Below are positions 58,376 through 64,000 of a DNA stretch of 64,000 nucleotides, piece after piece. The stretch is from positions 1 to 64,000 of the IMG/VR virus record IMGVR_UViG_3300010158_000027. One strand, written 5' to 3'. The notes below the pieces were generated by a model. The model did no database searches, was not told the origin of the DNA, and saw nothing but the letters and a program-made list of their open reading frames with translations. Each line of letters opens with the position of its first letter. Within the stretch, counting starts at the first letter, position 1. The position numbers and the translations under genes were made by a program.

Positions 58376-58939
58376 ATGACTAGAATAATAAGATTAACAG
58401 AATCCGATTTAACAAGAATTGTTAAACGAGTAATAAAAGAACAAACCACTATGCCCCCAGTAACGGTTACCGCTCAGAGAACACAAAAACTGGAAGACAC
58501 TAAATTCACACCAAAACTATTTAACAAAATAACCGCGGCGAAGGGATTGGAGGTTACGGCATCAATAAAAAGTACTGACCCTACTACACGTAAACTTGAT
58601 ATTAAGCCTATTATGTGGAAAATAACACCATCGATAGTTAAAATTAAAGACAATAACGCTAAAGTGGTTAGAGTTCCTGGTATGTTAAACTTAAATATCG
58701 AACTAGAGGGTATTAAAGATACTTTTGTTATAGTTAAACTTAATTGTAGAACTGGTCAGATTGATTATGTAAATAAATTAATCCAAAACACGTATGATAA
58801 ATCACTGTCATTAGTTGCTGCAAATATGCCACCTTTTACAACCACAGTTAACGGATTCGCACAAACATTTAATAACAGTGGTTGGAAATACGTTGGTGCG
58901 ATTAAAGAGGTTGGTGATATGTATTGTAAATCTGTTTAA
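58376..58939 (+). CDS. Leader-bearing hypothetical protein
   Basis: MTRIIRLTESDLTRIVKRVIKEQ; TATTTAT at 58355-58361. Confidence 0.85.
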   Translation: MTRIIRLTESDLTRIVKRVIKEQTTMPPVTVTAQRTQKLEDTKFTPKLFNKITAAKGLEVTASIKSTDPTTRKLDIKPIMWKITPSIVKIKDNNAKVVRVPGMLNLNIELEGIKDTFVIVKLNCRTGQIDYVNKLIQNTYDKSLSLVAANMPPFTTTVNGFAQTFNNSGWKYVGAIKEVGDMYCKSV

Positions 58940-58964
58940 TAAAAAAATATTATATAATAAAAAA

Positions 58965-58990
58965 AGGGACATTATGTCCCTTTTTTTATT
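58965..58990. terminator. Bidirectional terminator
   Basis: AAAAAGGGACA-TTA-TGTCCCTTTTT. Confidence 0.75.
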
Positions 58991-59432
58991 TCGTAGCGAT
59001 AGTGCCATTTGTTGTGTTAGTGTCAGGACTTAAGAATAAATGTACATATTTTGGGTACCGTTTATTATTTTTATTTGTGTTGATGACGATGGTAGATACG
59101 ACTTTAGTTCCTGTAAGGAATAGTTCATCGTTGAATGTTACGTAAACCAAGTCTCCGACTTTTTTAGATGTGATAATAGTTGCTGACTCCATAAGATGTC
59201 CACCAGAGTAATACTTAATCGTCTTATTCGTTAAGTCAATAACATACTTATGAATAACACTATCAGACTTGTCCACACGACCGCAGTAATTCGCAGAATC
59301 AATAACCTCCTCATACTTACCATGACTACATGAGTTAAATTTAGTATACTCACTAAACCCAACTTCATATAGTTGTGAGAAAGACACGAATGAAGATACC
59401 AATAATACCAAAGACAAAATTAAGTTTTTCAT
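58986..59432 (-). CDS. Secreted protein with Sec signal peptide
   Basis: MKNLILSLVLLVSSFVSFS|Q. Confidence 0.75.
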   Translation of the reverse strand: MKNLILSLVLLVSSFVSFSQLYEVGFSEYTKFNSCSHGKYEEVIDSANYCGRVDKSDSVIHKYVIDLTNKTIKYYSGGHLMESATIITSKKVGDLVYVTFNDELFLTGTKVVSTIVINTNKNNKRYPKYVHLFLSPDTNTTNGTIATK

Positions 59433-59647
59433 AGTTTTTATTTTTTAAGGGTTTATGTTTATATTACGAATTTAATGTTTTTATTTTAATCTGACAAACT
59501 TTTTTAAAATATTTTTTTTGTTTATCTTATTTTGAATTACGTATTCAATTCATACAACAAATATAATACATTTATTTAATATGTAATACTTATAAGTGTA
59601 AAACCATGGAAAAAAATAATGTCACAACACCTTTAAATAATTAAATT

Positions 59648-59896
59648 ATGGCAATAAAAAGCACAACAATAGACGGAACAAAAATAGTTTGTGAAATAGT
59701 ATCAAGTAATTTGATAAAAACCACTTACGATAGTGAGAAAAATTCACTTGTGGTTGAATTTAAAAACGGTATGAATTACGAATATGATGATGTACCCCAC
59801 AACATATATGCTCAATTCAGATTATCAGAATCTCAAGGGAAGTTTTTCAATTCTAAGATATCTAAAACATATAAATACAAAAAATTGGATAATTAA
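59648..59896 (+). CDS. KTSC domain protein
   Basis: SSNL...YD...LVVEFKNG..YEYDDVP..IY..F..SESQGKFFNSKI. Confidence 0.85.
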   Translation: MAIKSTTIDGTKIVCEIVSSNLIKTTYDSEKNSLVVEFKNGMNYEYDDVPHNIYAQFRLSESQGKFFNSKISKTYKYKKLDN

Positions 59897-59920
59897 AAAG
59901 TACGGCATATTTATATTTAC

Positions 59921-60673
59921 ATGTCTAACACTCAAAAAATAATAAATAGTTTTTATCTCCAAGATGAATTAAATCCGGAAATATGGGATTCACCTGAACA
60001 CCCAAAATCTGCCAAGTTAAAACCTGAAATTAGAAATAGACTATTAAAAGTCGCTCAAATTTTTATAGATTATTTGGACGATGATTTTTTTGTACACGAT
60101 ATAATTTTTATTGGGTCGTTAGTTGGGTATAACTGGAGTGAGTTTTCAGATTTTGATATTCATATTTTATATGATTCAAGTGAATTCAGTGGTGACGTTG
60201 AACTACATAAGGAACTATTCAGACTTAAAAAGACGGTGTTCAATGCTGCTCACGATATAAGAATCAAAGGGTATGAAACTGAGTTATTCGCTCAAGACAC
60301 TAACGAACCAGAAAAAAGTGCCGGATCATACTCAATTTTAAACAATGAATGGATTAGAGTTCCGGAAAAAGAAAACTTCACAATCGACGAAAAAAAATTA
60401 AAAGATAAATCCCAACAATGGATGGATATTATTGATGGAGTTTTAGAGAATGCTGAAGATGAAGATTTAGAGGACGCAATTAAACTTGTTAAGAAGTATA
60501 AGGAAAAAATAAGAAAGTATAGAACCTGCGGTTTAAAAAAAGAAGGTGAGTTTTCTTATGAGAATTTAGTGTTTAAATTCCTAAGAAGAAACGGATATAT
60601 AAGTAAATTAGAGAACTTCAAAAACAAAATTGCAGATAAAAAATTGTCATTAGAGCAAGAAAATTTTGAATAA
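59921..60673 (+). CDS. Pol-beta-superfamily nucleotidyltransferase-like protein
   Basis: FIGSLVGYNWSEFSDFDIH (GS...DxD motif); GYETELF. Confidence 0.7.
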   Translation: MSNTQKIINSFYLQDELNPEIWDSPEHPKSAKLKPEIRNRLLKVAQIFIDYLDDDFFVHDIIFIGSLVGYNWSEFSDFDIHILYDSSEFSGDVELHKELFRLKKTVFNAAHDIRIKGYETELFAQDTNEPEKSAGSYSILNNEWIRVPEKENFTIDEKKLKDKSQQWMDIIDGVLENAEDEDLEDAIKLVKKYKEKIRKYRTCGLKKEGEFSYENLVFKFLRRNGYISKLENFKNKIADKKLSLEQENFE

Positions 60674-60716
60674 TTAGTAAATTACTAAATTACAATATAT
60701 TTATATATAAAAAAAT

Positions 60717-60908
60717 ATGCCAACAACAGCTTGTACTGACAATTATTATAATACCGTTTTGGTGGGTTACGTACCCGGCACCGGTAATACTACGGGTAAT
60801 ATAGTAACATTTAAAACCCCTAAACCCGAATGGACAGACGAAACAGGACAACAATCAAAACAATGTAATGGTATTGCTCTTGGTGGCTTTGATGGACTAA
60901 ACAATTAA
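60717..60908 (+). CDS. Small hypothetical protein
   Basis: ORF; TATTTAT at 60698-60704. Confidence 0.7.
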   Translation: MPTTACTDNYYNTVLVGYVPGTGNTTGNIVTFKTPKPEWTDETGQQSKQCNGIALGGFDGLNN

Positions 60909-60921
60909 AAAATAAAATAAA

Positions 60922-62181
60922 ATGGCAGATTTAAGACCCTTAGGTAGTGAAAAATTACAAGGTATGGATAAAATAAAACGTATAATGGAAATTGCACGTT
61001 ATAACGAATCACCTAAACAGGAAATTAACGAACTTTCAACTACGAACTATACAATTAAATTATCTGATGGTAATACATATGCTATAGTAAAAGAAAAATT
61101 AGGGTATATCATTAAAAATGGTTTAAATGAATCAACTTTTGAATATTCAGAACCTATTAGACATAGAAAATACTATCGTTCATATTCTGAAGCGATGAAA
61201 AAACTAAACCTAATGGTTGTTGAAATTAATAGAACTACAGGTTTTGAGGAAAACGTACCACTTATCGGAGAACAACAATCTGATACAAAAAAAAAATTCA
61301 TTTTAAAAACACCTAAACCAAAAAACGACGCGTCAATACCCTCACCGGTAGCCGCTTCTGAACCACCAATGGCTCCACCAATGGCTCCAACACCACCTGC
61401 TGATGATATGGGAACAACTCCACCACCAGCTGATGATATGGGAATGTCACCAGCAGATGATATGGGTGTTCCTCCTTCTGATGATATGGGAACGCCACCA
61501 GCAGATGATATGGGAATGGATCCTTCTGATGATATGGGAATGGATCCTTCTGACGATATGGGTGAAGACGATGAGGAAGCTCAAGGACCAATGGGGTTAA
61601 AGTCAATTCAAAAATTGACAGGAAAGTTAAGTCAAAAAATTAGAGCCTTCGATAAAGAAAAAGGTTTAGATTCTCAAGACATTAAATACGTTTTAAACTC
61701 AATCATTTCGGCTTTAGATTTAGAGAATTTAGATGAAGACGATAAAGATGACGTTCTTTCAAAATTTGATGAGTCAGATGAATATGGTGAAGAAGGGCCT
61801 GGAGACTTAGATTTTAAAGACACAGATACGGAAATGGGTGTGGAAGGTGATGAACCTACAGACGAAGAGTACCCACAACCACCAGTTAGTGAATCTTCAG
61901 TAGATAAAGTTTTAACTAGTTACTTCAATATTAAATCAACTGAAAAACCACTAATAGAAGAAAAAAGAAAAAAAGATTATTTAAAAAACAAATTAAATAA
62001 ACTATCAGTTAAGTCTGAAATCGGAAGGCTTAGTGAAAGTAATTCACAATCGGACGCAGCGTTATCCATTATGGAAAACTATGAAGGGGCTAAGTTCATT
62101 GGAAAAACGAATAAAGATAATTTAATATTTGTGATTGAAGATAAACAATACAAAGTAACACCAGCAGGAAGAATTTTATGA
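60922..62181 (+). CDS. Prohead core/scaffold-like protein with Pro/Asp/Met repeats
   Basis: Seven P(A/S)DDMG repeats, acidic linkers, several hydrophobic-x-E sites, upstream of terL. Confidence 0.5.
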   Translation: MADLRPLGSEKLQGMDKIKRIMEIARYNESPKQEINELSTTNYTIKLSDGNTYAIVKEKLGYIIKNGLNESTFEYSEPIRHRKYYRSYSEAMKKLNLMVVEINRTTGFEENVPLIGEQQSDTKKKFILKTPKPKNDASIPSPVAASEPPMAPPMAPTPPADDMGTTPPPADDMGMSPADDMGVPPSDDMGTPPADDMGMDPSDDMGMDPSDDMGEDDEEAQGPMGLKSIQKLTGKLSQKIRAFDKEKGLDSQDIKYVLNSIISALDLENLDEDDKDDVLSKFDESDEYGEEGPGDLDFKDTDTEMGVEGDEPTDEEYPQPPVSESSVDKVLTSYFNIKSTEKPLIEEKRKKDYLKNKLNKLSVKSEIGRLSESNSQSDAALSIMENYEGAKFIGKTNKDNLIFVIEDKQYKVTPAGRIL

Positions 62182-62597
62182 TTTTAGTTTATGTAAACGA
62201 GTTAGGACCAAACTATAAAGGCGATAATATATATGAATTTATATTTTCAGATTTAGATGATGTTTGGGGTGAGGATTGGGATTCGGAACCAGCAGCTGGA
62301 AAACCGTTACCTCCTGAAATGAATTACATAAAAAAAGTTGGGGTTTTAAAGAACTCAGAAATTGAGTTAAACCTTATACAAAATTCAGATTTTTTTGGGG
62401 TTTATGATGCAATTGATGGAGTTATATCGTTGGCGTGGGAAAGATCCGATAGTGATGATATATTAATACATAAAAGAAAACGATTAGTATTTCAATATGG
62501 AGATAGTGTTGAAATAGTTGAGAATAAATTATACGAAAGAGATATCGTATTAAAATGGGAAAAAAACTTAGTACAAGATGAAACATATGAATCCTAA
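62178..62597 (+). CDS. Hypothetical protein
   Basis: ORF only. Confidence 0.75.
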   Translation: MILVYVNELGPNYKGDNIYEFIFSDLDDVWGEDWDSEPAAGKPLPPEMNYIKKVGVLKNSEIELNLIQNSDFFGVYDAIDGVISLAWERSDSDDILIHKRKRLVFQYGDSVEIVENKLYERDIVLKWEKNLVQDETYES

Positions 62598-63135
62598 ATT
62601 ATCAAAACTTCTTCATGAAGGTTTTTCAATTAATACACTTGAGTCGTTAAATGACTCTCAATTGAATGTTTTATACGAAAGAGTTAAAGGTTCAAAAAAA
62701 GAAACAAAGGAGGAGGTAACTAAAACTACCACAACGACTTCATATAACCCACAAGAAGTCAAAGGTAAGACATTCTCTAAAACTGATGATGTTAATGTTA
62801 CCATAAAACAAGATGGTTCTGTCGACGTAACTAAAGAAGGTGAGGTAACTGAAAAGGCAATATCCAAAAAACAACAAGAATTTTTTGGACTCGTTAGAGG
62901 AATGCAAAAAGGAACTACACCAAAAAAAGGTAAAGCTGGTGAAGCGGCAAAAGAAATGAAAAAGAAAGATGTGAAAGATTTCGCATCAACAAAACACAAA
63001 GGGTTACCAACTAAAGTTAAAGAAAAGGATAACGTAAAAAAATTAGAGGAAAGTATTTTACGTTTAATCGAATCACACTTACCTCCCCACACAACTAAAG
63101 GGGAACTTTTAAGTGTGATAAATAAAAAAAAGTGA
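62578..63135 (+). CDS. Hypothetical virion/head-associated protein
   Basis: SKKQQEFFGLV...KDVKDFASTKHKGLP, a motif I recall from T4-like myoviruses. Confidence 0.6.
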   Translation: MKHMNPKLSKLLHEGFSINTLESLNDSQLNVLYERVKGSKKETKEEVTKTTTTTSYNPQEVKGKTFSKTDDVNVTIKQDGSVDVTKEGEVTEKAISKKQQEFFGLVRGMQKGTTPKKGKAGEAAKEMKKKDVKDFASTKHKGLPTKVKEKDNVKKLEESILRLIESHLPPHTTKGELLSVINKKK

Positions 63136-63138
63136 TGA

Positions 63139-64000
63139 ATGAGTCTTACAAGGGAGCAAGCATTATTAGAATACGCTAAATGTGTAAAAGATACCCCTTA
63201 CGCACTTAAAACTTATTTACAAACTTACGATAATACCCAATCACAATACGTACCCTTAGAGTTATTTAATGATCAAGTAACGTTAGTTAATGACTATGAT
63301 ACTTGTGAAGAGAATATCGCATTAAAATACAGACAAGCTGGAGTATCAACCGTAACGTCAGCATGGGCATCCAAAAGATTGGTATTCGCCAGTAAAAAGA
63401 AACCTGAAAAAATTCTAATCATTGCAAACAAAATGGATACCGCCCAAGAGATGGGAAATAAGGTTCGAGCGTTTGTTGATCAATGGCCAAAATGGTTGGG
63501 TGTTGGTTTTTCTGTAGAAAAAAACTCCCAGAGACATTTTAAACTAACTAACGGTTGTGAAGTAAAGGCGGTTGCAACATCTAAAGATGCTTTACGTGGA
63601 TATACCCCAACGATATTAATATTCGATGAGGCGGCATATATCAATGCCGATGAGGACTTTTGGTCAGCATGTATGGCTTCCCTATCTACAGGGGGTAAAG
63701 TTATCGTAATATCAACACCAAATGGATTTGATCCAATTTACTATTCAATTTATAGTCAAGCGGTAAAAGGAATGAACGACTTTAAGATTACAGAAATGTA
63801 TTGGTTTAGAGATCCGAGATATTCTAAAGATTTAAAACTAATTAAATGTAATGATATTATTCATTACATGCTAAATAGAGGTGATTACGTCGATTCTGAC
63901 ATTACATTAGATTATAGTAACATTAAAGTTAGTGATCGTGATTTTAAAGAAATAAAAAATAGAGTAGAAAACGAAGGATACAAAGCCTATAGTTCGTGGT
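63139..64000 (+). CDS. terL: Terminase large subunit (T4 gp17-like), truncated by the window end
   Basis: Not in the ORF track; MSLTREQ... LKYRQAGVST (Walker A), ILIFDEAA (Walker B), ISTPNG (motif III). Confidence 0.92.
   Translation, partial: MSLTREQALLEYAKCVKDTPYALKTYLQTYDNTQSQYVPLELFNDQVTLVNDYDTCEENIALKYRQAGVSTVTSAWASKRLVFASKKKPEKILIIANKMDTAQEMGNKVRAFVDQWPKWLGVGFSVEKNSQRHFKLTNGCEVKAVATSKDALRGYTPTILIFDEAAYINADEDFWSACMASLSTGGKVIVISTPNGFDPIYYSIYSQAVKGMNDFKITEMYWFRDPRYSKDLKLIKCNDIIHYMLNRGDYVDSDITLDYSNIKVSDRDFKEIKNRVENEGYKAYSSW

Noticed and set aside
1-64000. Stop-codon reassignment, as in some large phages
   Set aside because: Code-11 ORFs tile the window densely, and conserved genes (terL, clpC, GT) have no internal TAG/TGA.

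Overview
AT-rich segment of a large tailed phage genome, standard genetic code, with a T4-like large terminase at the right edge. The host is probably Bacteroidota, judged from TAnnTTTG promoters, a tmRNA resume codon for Gly and signal peptides cleaving before Gln. 1-27 kb: mostly small to medium genes behind a TATTTAT motif, many sharing an N-terminal leader ending in hydrophobic-x-E(Q/S/N). Recognisable products include ferritin, a PAP2 phosphatase, an FKBP, a GNAT-like protein and a muramidase-like protein. 27-47 kb: tail-fibre/adhesin cluster with proline-free Gly-X-Y collagen-like proteins and a 2747-aa YadA-like repeat protein. 47-51 kb: a methyltransferase and a three-domain glycosyltransferase whose C-terminal domain resembles the TibC/Aah autotransporter heptosyltransferases. 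51-58 kb: a free-standing HNH gene, a tmRNA interrupted by a group I intron in its T-loop, a metallopeptidase, and a clpC-like gene. The clpC-like gene is fractured inside its Walker A motif by an atypically split intein (24-aa IntN, 133-aa IntC) with a frameshifted endonuclease gene between the halves. 59-64 kb: KTSC, a nucleotidyltransferase, a scaffold-like protein and a partial terL. All family assignments are by-eye motif recognition; no database searches were run.
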